A stretch of 63,632 nucleotides of DNA, counting the filler, from Reticulomyxa filosa (taxonomy: Eukaryota > Protista > Foraminifera), in assembly GCA_000512085.1 (NCBI GenBank). It is 18 parts of 18 records of this genome, joined end to end, with 100 filler letters (N's around TTAATTAATTAA, not from the genome) between each part and the next. Parts side by side here need not be neighbours in the genome. Positions count along the whole stretch, not along the records: positions 32,757 to 43,458 come from ASPP01005882.1; positions 43,559 to 47,331 come from ASPP01006486.1; positions 47,432 to 49,005 come from ASPP01027727.1; positions 49,106 to 53,206 come from ASPP01000537.1; 14 more parts are not named here. One strand, given 5' to 3'. A program made the position numbers and the translations under genes. Below are positions 37,631-50,585 of this stretch, piece by piece (the stretch's first letter is position 1; each line of letters starts with the position of its first letter). The notes under the pieces were generated by a model. It searched no databases, was not told where the DNA came from, and saw only the letters and a list, made by a program, of their open reading frames with translations.

Positions 37631-39819
37631 ACCAAGCGAATTGAACACTTATTATTTTATTTTTCTTTTGATATCGCAATCGAAAAGAAAAAACTATACT
37701 AATTGTTTCAAGCTTTTGTGAGAATTTAGCGCTAACATTGATTAGAAGACGAACACGATTTGTTTGATCAAATTGAGTTTATATTGTTATAAGCTAGTCA
37801 TCAATATATATCATTATTGTGACTACTAATCACATTACAATTGCTTAACTATGTGGATTTTGATGGAGAATACAGATCTATATAATATATATCGAAACTA
37901 CAGTGTTAAGTGCGCTTGTGATGACATGAACTGCAATTTCAAAAAATTTTCAACATAAAAATACGTTACATTATTCATAGTAGTCTTATTCCAAATAATG
38001 GTATTATAATACTAGCAATTGTCGACATTAACTATTTGATTTATGATAATTTGTAATTAGACTAAATTAGTGATATTGTTTAAAAAGCTGTTTTAAAAAT
38101 AATTAAATAATATTAACACAGTGTACAATATTACACTGTCAATAATACAAGTATTTAACTTTGTACAAGAACTTTTCCAATATATGTGAGTTATGAAGAT
38201 AATTCGTCGATTGACTATCAATATGATTTGATTATTCATATATCACATCATTTTCAAGTGTTCATGTTTCCCCTTTATTTAAAAAGCGACTAAAATTAAC
38301 AGAAAGATTGTACATTATTAAAATATAAAACGAAAAAAAAACTGAATTTACAATGAAAAAATAAAAAATTTTAAAAAATCAATAATGTTATAGAAAATAA
38401 TTAAAATGTTTGTAATTGACAAAACATTGCAGCAAAAAACAAAATTTTTTTAAAACATATACTTATCTTCAAGTGTTTTAAAATATATTTCAAAGATTTT
38501 TATTTTTGATTTAGAAAATCAATAATCTTCATAAAGTTGTATTTTAGTTAAGACTTTTGTCAATAGTTGTATTGTATATATTGATATAAAATAGTAGATA
38601 AAAATGCTTATATGTTGTATTTCATATTGCAATATATAAATAGTCGAACATCTTGTATGAGCGAATAATGTATTTATGATATACAAAAATTCAACTTCAA
38701 AAATAAAAAAAAATTAAAACGATACAATTAACAGCTATAATTAACACATTGAAGATTGCTTCTTCATGAAAATCAACATTTATTAAAAGAAAAATATTAC
38801 AAATTTTATTTTTTGTTTTAGTAATCAAAAGACATATATGTTTGAAAAGTAATATTTATTCAAAACTCTTTTTTAATTATCAATTCAAATCAACTTAATA
38901 ATATTCAGATAAAACGAAGTTTGGACGAAAATATGCATTAACTAATATTTTGAACAATAAATGGATCATAATCGATTCAACAATTGCATGTAGTATTAAT
39001 GTCTTTCAATTTAACCGATCAAATGAAAAGATCTGCTTTGTGTCCTGTTAGAACATAAGCCAAAAAAAATTTGTAGTGATCAAATCTTTGTATCGAATGA
39101 CAATTTATGCCAACACTGTGTTTTTTTTCTTGGAATTTGATTAATTTGATTGCTATCAGCGTATACGACCAAATGCAACCGTTGGACGACAATCAGACAG
39201 TATATGTCGTGCAGATTTTGCACATTTGGATAGTACTTGGATCCACGATTTATGGTAATACTTTGAAGAAATAAACTACTTTTCCAGTTAATACGATCAT
39301 ATGCAGACATTTATACAAAGCAATCGAAGATAACATCTAAATGGAATCAATTTCAAAGATTCATTCCAACAAACAAAAAGAAATTTAAATAAAGAAAAGT
39401 AAATAAAAGTAAAAACTAAGTTTTATGGAAATTAAATCCTAAGTTCAGACTGAACTTCTTACTTTGTCCTACATAGTCAACTATATTTTTCTTGTTATGA
39501 GACAATAATAATCAGAAAGTCAGAAAATAGTTTATCGATATTATATATTGCTTTACATTTTGATAGTTAGGTTATCAATAATAAACATTAAAATAATTAT
39601 TAATGTTGTATGGATATTGTTTTGTCTTTGTTGTAACGTGTTAATATCTGTATAGTACACGGTTTTTATATTAAATATAATTAGGAAATATTTTTATAAA
39701 AGTAATTATGTATGAAGGAGTTTTAAAACGTTAGACTGCGTTTCAAAAATTTAAAAAATAGTAGAAGACGAACCACGGATACAAAAAAAGGTTTAAAAAA
39801 CTTGCTGTGCATATATACA

Positions 39820-41707
39820 ATGTTAAAACGATCAAAAAATCAAGTTGTGTCAGTGGAGCACATTCGCACACGCATAGTAGATCTTGTGTCAAAACATGAA
39901 CCAAATAAGCTTCAACATATTGATGCGTTGATGGAAAAATGGCACGGCAAAGAAAACGATCTTTTGAAAACTCTTTGTGAAGGATACAAAGAACAATGTT
40001 AAAAACAAATATAAACTAAAAAACCAAGTTTTTGATAAAGAAGAGAAGGAGAAAATATTACATTAAAATTGCCCTCCTGTCCACCCTTTTTTTTTTGTTC
40101 GATCCAGCAGCCAAAGCAAAAAAAGTAAATATTTGCTGTATATGAACGTATAATAAAAAATACAGTCACGAAAATGGATGTAGTATCAATCAAAGAAAAA
40201 TATTCAATTGGTTCAAAGCTTGGCACGTTAAGTTGGACAAAAGAAGATGTATTGTTGATTACAATTTTTGTGTTATTATTATGTTCAAAATTTGTAAAAG
40301 ATAGAATGTATGAAAAATATTAGTTTTTGATATTAATAAAATTGTCAATAGAGGCGGGTTTGCGGAAGTACGAAAATGTAAAGACCGAACAACTAATACA
40401 TTGTATGCATTAAAAATTATCAATAAAAAAAATCTTGACGAAAGAGATTTGGTTACTTTGCAATCTGAAGTGCGAATCATGCGACAAGTTATTTTTTTTT
40501 TTCTATCTTTTTTTTTTGGAACAAATACAAAAAAATTGTATGCATACATGTATAAAAAAAGGTAAAACACGATTTCATAGTGACATTACATGATGTATTT
40601 GACAGTAAAACGAAAATGTGTTTGGTGTTGGATTTATTGGAAGGTGGAGAACTGTTTGATCGTATTATTCAACACGGTCATTTCACAGAAAAAAATTCTG
40701 CACAATGCTTCACTCAACTGATATCTGCTTTGGCTTATTTGCATGAAAAACAAATTGTTCATCGAGATCTAAAGGTTCTTGTTATTTTGGTTGTTTTTTT
40801 TTTTTGCAAACATTGTTATAATTATTGTATTATGCATGTATATCTCCATATTGTAAAAAAAAATAAATTGCAATTAATACGTTATCAGAATTTTTAATAT
40901 ATTATTCAACAAAAAAAACTACAAATAATATAAGAATAGCCAGAAAACTTGCTGTTTGCAAAGAAGTGTTCAGATCAACAGAAATTTGTTGCTGTAGAAT
41001 GGAATATGAAATTAATTGATTTTGGGTTGGCAGGATGTTGTAAAGATAAAGGACTGACAACACCCTGTGGTACCCCCAATTACGTTGCTCCTGAAATTTT
41101 AAGGAGACAGCCCTATGGTACTTCTGTAGATATGTGGTCTGCAGGCGTCATTCTTTATATCATGTTCAGCTTCTTTTTGTTTTGTTTGTGACGTATATAT
41201 GCATGCATATATACATCTTATATGTTTTTTTTGTAAATGTGTAAGGTGAATTTTTGGTTGATTGTTGTGGGTTAAAAGATTGTGCGGATTTCCTCCATTT
41301 TACGATGAAAATGACGATATGAACAAATTGTACAAAAAAATTAAAAATGCGGATTTCGACATGCCAAGCCCTTATTGGGATAGTGTGACGCCAGAAGCAA
41401 AAGATTTGGTGAAGAAACTTTTGGAACCCAACCCAAAAAAACGCATTACAGCTTCCTTGGCGTTAGAACACGAGTGGTTGCAAGGCAAGGCATCGGATAA
41501 AAAACTTTCCGAAGAGCAAATGTTTCAATTGAAGAGATTTCAGTATGTCAAGAGACTTCGAGTTTAGTTTATTTTTCTCCTATCTTCAATATGGATAAAA
41601 CACAAACAAACAATAAAAATATTGTGTGATGGGGGAAAAAAAAACAAAAGCGTGGAGTTCGATGTGTATTGGCGGTACTGAGACTGATCGATGCACTCAA
41701 ACCATGA
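39820..41707 (+). CDS. CaMK1-family Ser/Thr protein kinase with a probable N-terminal helical domain
   Basis: [65 protein letters not shown] and a basic CaM-binding-like tail. Introns 40227-40351, 40488-40561, 40775-40939, 41164-41278 and 41562-41650. Kinase ATG at 40174; an upstream exon joins in frame via 39998-40165. Confidence 0.93.
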
Positions 41708-42144
41708 AAAGTCCTTGTTTTTGTTGTTCATTTCTTTTAAGGTATAGCGCTCTTTTATTTTGTACAATAATGCCATGATGTCTGTACCTCTTCTTATTGA
41801 TCCCCGAGAAATCTGGATCATTTTTTTTTTGTGTGTTTGTTTTGGACAGTACTTAATCTTTCAAAATTGTTCGTGTCATGGAATTAATTCTTTTGTTTTT
41901 CGCAGACAACTTTCATTTTAAATAGTTTCTAAAAGAAAATCCTTAAATTGAAAAAATCGCTATGTTGAAAACAAAATATTTTGATAAAAACGAAGAGTGA
42001 AAAAAACACCCGAATATTAAAATTATTGTAAAAATGTTATTATTTAAAAATTACCGTTCAAAAATCAGTGTGCTGTTAGTGTAAGGGTAGTTTGAACAAA
42101 ACAACTTTATAACATTGTACACATCAGGACTTTTTTTTGTTTAA

Positions 42145-43415
42145 TTAATATTCACCATATAACAAAGAAGAATTGCGATCATTCAAAAAGGAAAGAGAAG
42201 TGACTTTTTTGGTACGCTGTCCATCAGCACTAAGTTTTGGACGCACTTTCTTCTCCGGTTGTTTTTGACAACGTTTTTGGATACCACAATAACAAGATAC
42301 ACCAATCAAAAACAACATAACTGCCATGACAATTAACAACCACCAATCTTTGATAAAAAAAGAAGTCGTTTCATTGGTTCCACCACTGCCAATGGGCTGT
42401 TTTGTTGGCGAAGGAGTAGGTATTTTTGCACCACAAGAAGTACACGTCTGTGACATGATTTCACAATAAGCAGTCCAATCAGTATCAATTGCCCAGCTGC
42501 TGTAATCTATATTCGTATCGAATCAAAACAAAGAGCTTTCTAACATTGTCGTTGCTCATGCAGTGCTGTTTGAATATATTTGTTATACAATAAAAAAAGA
42601 CCACACCCTCAAGACAATTGCGTTGATTCTTGTAAATTTCGCGATTTTGTACCAAATACAGTCCGTTGAGATAGCGACGGGGATCAACATCTACGTCAAA
42701 GCACTGAATGTTGGTGGAGGTGATACGGTTATAGGACAAATCATAGTACACAAAAAAAGGATTCTCTTCGTTGGCAACAGAGGTATTGCAGCGTGAATAG
42801 CAAGGAAACAAGCCCGTGAAAAGGTTGAAAGACAAATCTAAATGATTGATACACAATGGATTGGTGTCATTCCACTGCCAATTAATTCCAAAGCTACTAC
42901 TTGAATTTGCCAAACTCAAATTGTGAAATGTTATGCCACTCAAGAATGTAATAAATGAATTTGGATTAGTCTACAATTCAATTTTTTTTTTTTTTTTTTT
43001 AATGACACAAAATTGTTGAATATATGCGTGTGTGTGTGTATTGTGTATTAATTACTCTTTGTTTATCATATTACCTAATGTGTGCACACAAAAAAAAAAA
43101 AAAAAAAACAGATACGTAACTCCAACAGTTAACCAGACATGTTCAAATGAGGCCACTGGAAAGTATAGATATTCGGCTGTATCTTGGTTCAGCTCTGTGA
43201 GTGTGTAGTTCAGTCGGCTAAAGTCTAAAATTAGCAACGGATTGTAGGAGAGATCAATATCCAGCAAACGCTCCAGCTGCAAAAAATTATATGGGACATA
43301 ACCACTCAATCGATTGTTACGTGCGTGCAGCTTTTGTAACTGTGTCGATAAACTTAGGTTATTCAGATATTGCGGCATCGGGCCAATTAATTCGTTGTAA
43401 CTTAGATTCAAATAC

Positions 43416-43417
<2 letters not shown>
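42145..43417 (-). CDS. Leucine-rich-repeat single-pass membrane protein, 5' truncated
   Basis: LNLSYNELIGPMP, LHARNNRLSGYVP, IDLSYNPL and LDLSFNLFTGLFP LRRs; Pro/Thr linker; TM helix WWLLIVMAVMLFLIGVSCYCGI; short basic cytosolic tail. Confidence 0.8.
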
Positions 43418-43447
<30 letters not shown>

Positions 43448-43558
43448 CCCCTTTTTTTNNNNNNNNNNNNNNNNNNNNNNNNNNNNNNNNNNNNNNNNNN
43501 NNTTAATTAATTAANNNNNNNNNNNNNNNNNNNNNNNNNNNNNNNNNNNNNNNNNNNN

Positions 43559-44291
43559 AAAAAAAAAAAAAAATTTGCCTCGGTAATGTCCAATTGTAAT
43601 AACAACTTCTCGAATGCAGCGACGAATTGAGTGGATGTGGACACCGGACATAGTGTCAAAGAGATGACACGGTAGCCGCGTAGATTTAATGTCACGCTTT
43701 GTTGAAAAAATATCTCGCCTGTTCCACTCGTTCCTGGAATGCAAATCAATGGCACTTTCACTGAAGGGCCTGTGTCATAGTAACTCCACGTTTCATTTTC
43801 GTCCACTGTTATCTTTTTATTTGTTTAGTTTATTTGTTATTTCATTGCTTCAATTATTGACAAAATATTCATATAATTCCTTTTTTTTTTTTTTTTGGCA
43901 AATTAAATCGAGCCATTTCGCTTGTCCATTTTTTTTATTTGGATATTATGTTTTAATTCGGCTTTTTTTTTGTTTTTTTTTTTTTTTCATTCGCTCTCAA
44001 TTTGTCTCACAAACTGTGTTTTTAGGATACTTGCTGAGAAACATTTTGTAGTTTTCTGACTTTAGATAGGGGATTGCGTCTTTCTCGGCTCGCCGAGAGA
44101 CGTTCAAATGTGGATTGAACGTTAAGTCGACCATTGACTTCACTGAAGATGTTAAATTGCCGAGCATTTCAAATTCTGCTGGCACTGTTGGTCAATTTTT
44201 TTTTTTTATATATCAAAATGTAGGCAATTCAAAGTGGTTGTCACACGCCAAAGCTGACGCCACTGTCCTCCTTGTGATCTTTACTTTGCAT
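43559..44291 (-). CDS. SPG21: Maspardin (alpha/beta-hydrolase fold), 3' truncated
   Basis: YKMFLSKYPKNT|ITVDENETWSYYDTGPSVKVPLICIPGTSGTGEIFFQQ..LRGYRVISL matches the maspardin N-terminus; first exon tentative. Confidence 0.85.
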
Positions 44292-46821
44292 GATTTAAAA
44301 AGATGATTTTTGTTTTTTTCTATTACTAATTTTTTGATTTATTCATTTTTCATCTATTTTATGAAAAAACTTATTAAAAGTACATACTCCATTTTTAGAC
44401 AGTTTTCGCTTTGCAACCAAATATGTTGTTTATGTCTATACGACAACAAAGTCTTTTCAATTTAAAACACCGATTGCGGTGATAGGTATATGCTCTTATT
44501 TGCGTTTGTTTTTCAACCGCAATTTTCATTTTCGAAGTTATGTGCAACTACATTTCGTCGTTTGTTGTGAACGAAATTTTTTGTGTAATCTCCTCTGTTA
44601 CCATTGTAAATATTAGAGCAAATATTTCTGAGGCTATGGATATTTTACAGTCAATGTATACACTGTAATTTTTTATTTGAAAAAAAGCCAAATGAATTAA
44701 TTACAACAGAAATTTCATCAAACATATGGAAAACTATATTTCTTGAATGTTGAAAGAAAATTATTAAGATTAAACAGACATCCATTTCCATCAATTGCAA
44801 TCTTTTCTTTTGTGTATTTTAAATTTGAAAAATAGATTTTTAACATAAATTTCGTCAACAAGATTAATACATTTTCAAATGCAAATTTTATTGATTTTAT
44901 TATAAAAAGTGTGTTTCATGTAATGATATTAGATGGTATAATTAAATTTCAAACTTGTGATTATTAGACGAGAATACGCCCAATTATTACCCAAGTAAAG
45001 GGCATTTTATTCATATAATTTTATTTTTTTTATTAAAATAATCATAATTTTTGTCTACAGAAAAATGTTAATAATCATGCCCTATTTATGTAACATGAGT
45101 CACACTTCTTTTAATTTTTATAAAATATTTGACGGATTTTTTGGTTTTATGACAACGTATTTTGACATAATAAAATCATTTCAATAATAAATTTACATTG
45201 TATTTTTCAATATTATCACCAAGAATCACCTATATCAATATAAGAATCGATACATTTTCAGTAGGTGAATTGTTTATTCATCAATGCAGAACCAGTTATA
45301 ATTATAAGACATTTGAATGCCAGTTTATCATTTATCTGTTTTGTGTGAACTGTCTGAACAAAAATTTATTATAAAATTGTCACAAATTATTTTTTTATGT
45401 TTGTGATTCACATTATATCAATATTTCAATGATTTGCCAAGAGTGGCTGGAGTTCTTGAATCAAGATTTTAGACTAATGCAATCTACAATATATTTACTT
45501 TAAAGAGTTGCTTAAAACGCATCAATGTATCTTATTTTACATTATGTATAGTTTTTTTATCTGTAATAATTTTTGACAAATTAACCAACTGAAATTTTGA
45601 TAAATGTTAACATTTTGTGCAGAGTGTATCTAAGCTAGGAAATGATCAATATAAAAGCTGTCTTTTTTAACAAGTCCAAAAAAATGAAGTGAAAAGATAT
45701 AACATAAAAAAAAGTATAAGAAGCTCATTGAATGTCATTGATAACTGTCAAAGCATTGCACTACAATATGATTTGCTTTTGCTTTGGACGAGAAAAAATT
45801 GAAGTCATGTAAACAGCCTGAAAAGTTCACTCCCTCCTTAAACGCTCGCCAAAAAATTGTCGTGATTCAAGTTAGTGAATTGTTTGTTATTTAGCCAAAT
45901 TTGAATCCTTTTTTAATCGTTTTTGAAGTGAAAGCCAGACAACAGTTGTCAAAGTTGTTTTGGATCAATTCGAATGACAGGTTTTGAAGCTTGTCTTAAT
46001 GACGCCAACGCATTATGTCTTTCCTCTTCCTTTTTGCTTGTAGTTTTTTTCGATTCAGTGGCGATGGTATAGGACACTAGGATCACTGCAAGGATAGGAT
46101 TCATAATCCCGATATAAGTGCTCATGCAACTTTCTGTTTGCATAAAATATGTGCGGAAAAGAGTAGCCAAGAAATTTTCAAAAATTTATGACCAACAATA
46201 GTAATAACAGCAAAGCAAAAAAAAAAGTACTATCAAAACTCAAAGGTGATATATTATTTAATAACGTGGGTCGAGTCTGCAAATTTTCCGCAGAAAATCG
46301 TATCCATCGTTTAGAAGAGTGCGCTCTGTGTTTGGTTAAGAGTACAACACAAAACAAAATGTTGTTTTATCAAGATAATGGACTATTATTGAAGAAGAGA
46401 TCCTCACAATGGAAGATAAGTAAAGGATTTCTGTAATTTGACTGAACGCAATGCGTATATGTTCATTTTTTTTTTATGATTTCTATTTTTTTTGTTCCCT
46501 TCTTAACTTAAGGCACAACGCTCTTTCAAAAGATAGACGTTTTTTGAATAGTTTCATATTTGTATTGAAAATACTGCAACCGATGTTAAATATCATTTTA
46601 AGCATTTATTCTTGTAGGTTTACACAATTACTTGTTTAAATACGTTTTACATTAAAATGTACGACATCCATATGTCCATTGTTGAAATAAACCAAAAAAA
46701 AAAAGGTACGTTGTGTAAAAAGGGACAAACCTACTGTCAAGATTAATTAATTTAAAATAATGGCGAAATTATTTGGCTTTGTGAAAACGCAAAAAGACCT
46801 GGTAAGCACAACTGTGAAAGA

Positions 46822-47331
46822 GTGCAAGATATAAAAGACGAAGATAAAAGTAAAGATATTGGTGCTTTATTTGAATTGGGTTGGTCACAAGAAATTCCCG
46901 AAACTCGTAGTGGTTTATTTTTGGAAACATATGGTTTGAAAATACGCATATTGCCAGATAATTCGAAACCAAACCGACTGTTTATAAACAAGGATTCTGG
47001 CGTATTAAATGTGAACGGATCAAAGCCATTGCAAAATATAGCCATCGCGTCCCCGATTAGCTATCTGCACTTGAAGGAGTACGTGAATGCATACGAGTTA
47101 TCAACCAAATATGAACTCGGATTGCTGTTCGAAGGATCGGTGGGAGGGGCTAACTTCCAACCAGGAGAGTGGAATGTCGGAGTAACCATTGGACAAGATC
47201 AATGGTGTTTTCATCCCGGTTACACTGGCGGTGCGTCTCGAATGCAGCAAGTGGAGTCAAATACTTTTATTAAAACAGAAGAGGGGGAGGAGGAAAGTTT
47301 TAAGATATTTAAGTTTTCTCTCCCCCCCCCC
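46822..47331 (+). CDS. Hypothetical protein fragment
   Basis: About 170-aa beta-rich open frame; no recognised motif. Confidence 0.4.
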
Positions 47332-47431
47332 NNNNNNNNNNNNNNNNNNNNNNNNNNNNNNNNNNNNNNNNNNNNTTAATTAATTAANNNNNNNNNNNNN
47401 NNNNNNNNNNNNNNNNNNNNNNNNNNNNNNN

Positions 47432-48444
47432 TGACTAAAGCAAAAGGTGCTTTTGTGGATGTGATAGGATACGTAGATGAAATGACAGAATTGCGTACGG
47501 TATACTCGACACTTACAAGCATGTACATATTAGTCCGCACGATCTTGTTGGCCGATCCAAGTGGCAAAGTGGAGATATCGCTATGGGGAGAAACTGCGCA
47601 ACAGTTTGACGAGAAAGTGAAGGAAAGTCACTGCATTGTCGCGTTCAAAGGGTGTCGCGTGACTTCACATGGCGGGTGCTTTTCAGTATGCACAAAACTG
47701 AAAGAATTGTCTTTGTCCAGTGGCAACATCATGCAAATCAACCCAAAGTCACTCCCTGAATTTGCCTCGTTGCAAGCATGGGGACGTGAGTGCAGCTTTG
47801 ACTTTGCATTTATTCCCCATGTCACGTGGAAGGCTATCCAACCTGGCTTTAGAATTAATCAGCGGTCTACCGTAGCACAATTGGCCTTTTGGCATGACCA
47901 ATGGCCGGATATGGATTCATTGGACAGCGATTTCGTCATCAAAGATAGGTATCCGTTGTACAATGAGTTCATCATCAAAGCAACAATCACTGAAATCACA
48001 TACGATCCTAAAAAACCTCCTTGGTATTTTAGTTCTCCTGACGGGCCTTACAAAGTCGTTGCAGATACTCGTGGCGAGTGGTTTTGTGCGGCTAACGCAC
48101 GGACATATACTACTTATGATGTTAAATATAAACTGTCATTTCGTTTGATGGATGACTCTGGATCTGAGTGGTTCCGTTGTTTTGGTTCATTTGCCGATCA
48201 AATCTTGCATACTCGTGCAGCTGATCTTGAACAATTCTTGAAGGATGGAAATATTAATGAATACAATCGTGTCTTCCAAAATGCACTTTTTAAAACTAAG
48301 TACTTCAGAGTCCGTGTCCCTCGGCCTTATGGCAGATTTTGCTATACTGTCTATGGAATCTATGAAATAAATCCAAAAAAAGAGTGTTTTGAAGTTCTCC
48401 AAAACATTTATGAAATTACCAATATCCAAACTAACTCAAAATAA
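47432..48444 (+). CDS. RPA1: Replication protein A 70-kDa subunit-like (OB folds DBD-B and DBD-C), 5' truncated
   Basis: VDVIGYV, LADPSGKVEISLWGETA, IVAFKGCRV, IKATIT, YKLSFRLMDDSGSEWFRCF..ADQIL and YNRVFQNALFKTKYFRVR. Confidence 0.85.
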
Positions 48445-48773
48445 ATTTTTTTTTAGAGTTTGTTTTCTCTTTTTTTAGAGCCTAGAATACATATCTTTTC
48501 AATGTTCAGTGTAATTTCTTTTAAATAGCTAATTTCTTCTGAGCATTGTCAGTTACATATTAGATAGCGTTTGAAATATTAGAAGATTAAAAAGGAAATA
48601 ACTGTAGTTTAAACATTATACTTTCCGCACCAGGAAAAATTATCAAAAATTGTTTTAGAATCATTTGTAGAAAGAATGGTGACGGCTTAAATGTAATACG
48701 AAAGGAACTTGTAGAAATTGTAGATGTAATACGACAGGCACTCTTATCGAGGATATTTTCAGCAAAACAAAAT

Positions 48774-48870
48774 ATTGCTTCATCATACAGTAGATTAGGA
48801 AAAATTTATCAAATTAAAAAGGAGTATGATAAGGCAATCGAAGATTATGTTAGAAATTTTTGGAGTTAAT
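48774..48870 (+). pseudogene. TPR (kinesin-light-chain-like) repeat relic
   Basis: IASSYSRLGKIYQIKKEYDKAIEDY, then LEIFGVN in another frame. Confidence 0.5.
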
Positions 48871-49199
48871 TGCGAAAGCATATTTGATTTAAAGAATGTG
48901 AAAAAAAGTGAATGTGTGACAATATCAAATTATGTAGAATCTGTTAACGAATATTTTGAACAATCAGCAAAGGATGTCGCCATGTGCAGAATCACAATAA
49001 TTTCTNNNNNNNNNNNNNNNNNNNNNNNNNNNNNNNNNNNNNNNNNNNNTTAATTAATTAANNNNNNNNNNNNNNNNNNNNNNNNNNNNNNNNNNNNNNN
49101 NNNNNTAAGTTAATGTTGAAAAATATTTTTGTTACATTTTTTTGTTGTCATTATTATTTTGTTCAAGATTATTTTATCTTTGCATTTGTTGTTTTTGTG

Positions 49200-49600
49200 A
49201 AAAAATGTAAGCGCTGTAGAATTCAGGGAAAGAATCATATATTGAGATTTCTTTTATAACTATTATAATTGTTTTGTCACTGACATTGATACAATTGTAT
49301 TGCCATCTATCATTAAAATCCAATTCGAAGATTCTTTCAATATTTTTAATTCTCTTCATTAGATGACACAGTGTCTATTGTCTGGAGAAAATAGCCAATG
49401 AGAAATATTAAAAATTTGAAATTATCTATTTGAGTCTCTGTACGTGAACATGCGCAATTCCAGTGAATATCTATATCATCATTCATCCATGAAAAATTCT
49501 GAACATTATTCAATTGTTTTTCATTTAATTTCATTGATATTTTACAAAATAATTTGCACAAAAGATTTGCTCTAAATCTTTGTTGTAACATTGTATAACC
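49200..49600 (-). pseudogene. Decayed HEAT/ARM-like repeat gene, same family as 29.1-30.4 kb
   Basis: CKLFCKISMKLNEKQLNNV; nucleotide similarity to about 29490-29540. Confidence 0.45.
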
Positions 49601-50585
49601 ACATCTAAAATTTCTATAAAAATAGTAAGTACTCTAATAAATGCAAGTAATCATCAAACACGTTCAATTTGTTTAGATTGTCTTGATTTAATCAATGATA
49701 TATAATAAATATCTGGACGATGAAGATATCGAAAATTGAGTAAATATAATTCCATCGTGAATAGTCTTTGTCTTTATCAAAATAGATTCAAGTATATACA
49801 ATTTGAAAGAATGAACAAGTAAGTTTGAAAATAGGTCATTATGGTTTACTTTGAAACGCTTTGTTGATGAATTGAATTGAGCGCACTGTTTGTTCACTTG
49901 ATCTACCTGACGGATTTGAACTTCCAAGTGTGCTTGAGGCGTTTGAAAGTGGGACAAAGCTACCAGAAAGACAGGCTTTGAGTACAAAAACTACAACAAG
50001 CCACTTGACGCTGGAGGAGACAGCAATAGACCTATAGAAAACTAGACAAGCATTTGGAATTGATGCTGGCCGAAGTGTCAAGTAACTAAACGCATTAATA
50101 CAAGTCGAAGATTGCATCGATATGATACACTTGAATTCGCTCCAACGGCAGTTCGCATTTAAGTTTGCGTACGAGCCACGACCAAAGCCGTTTGTGTCGG
50201 GACACATAAACCGCAACAACAAAGAAGCAATACTTATTTAGAAGAGGCACGGCTTTGTCAGTTGACAACACAGGCCAATGATCACTTGTTGTCATACGCA
50301 CCTTTGGCACCAACAAAAATGAAAAGCTGTTTAGTTTTAAATATTAAAAAAATTCAACGCAAATTGACATAAAAATATATAGCTTCTATAATCAGTGTCT
50401 GTTGTATTGACATTGATAATTTTTTCTTTGTTGAAAATTTTTCGTTGTTCGGTTCTCTAAAAAAAAAAAACAGGAGCTAAAGGCTAGTGATTCGTTTATT
50501 TTTTGACAGCATTTCCCCCTTGCCACGACAAGAAGGAGAAAGATGGGAAAAAAAAAACAAAAATGAAATAGAAAGCAAACAAAAA

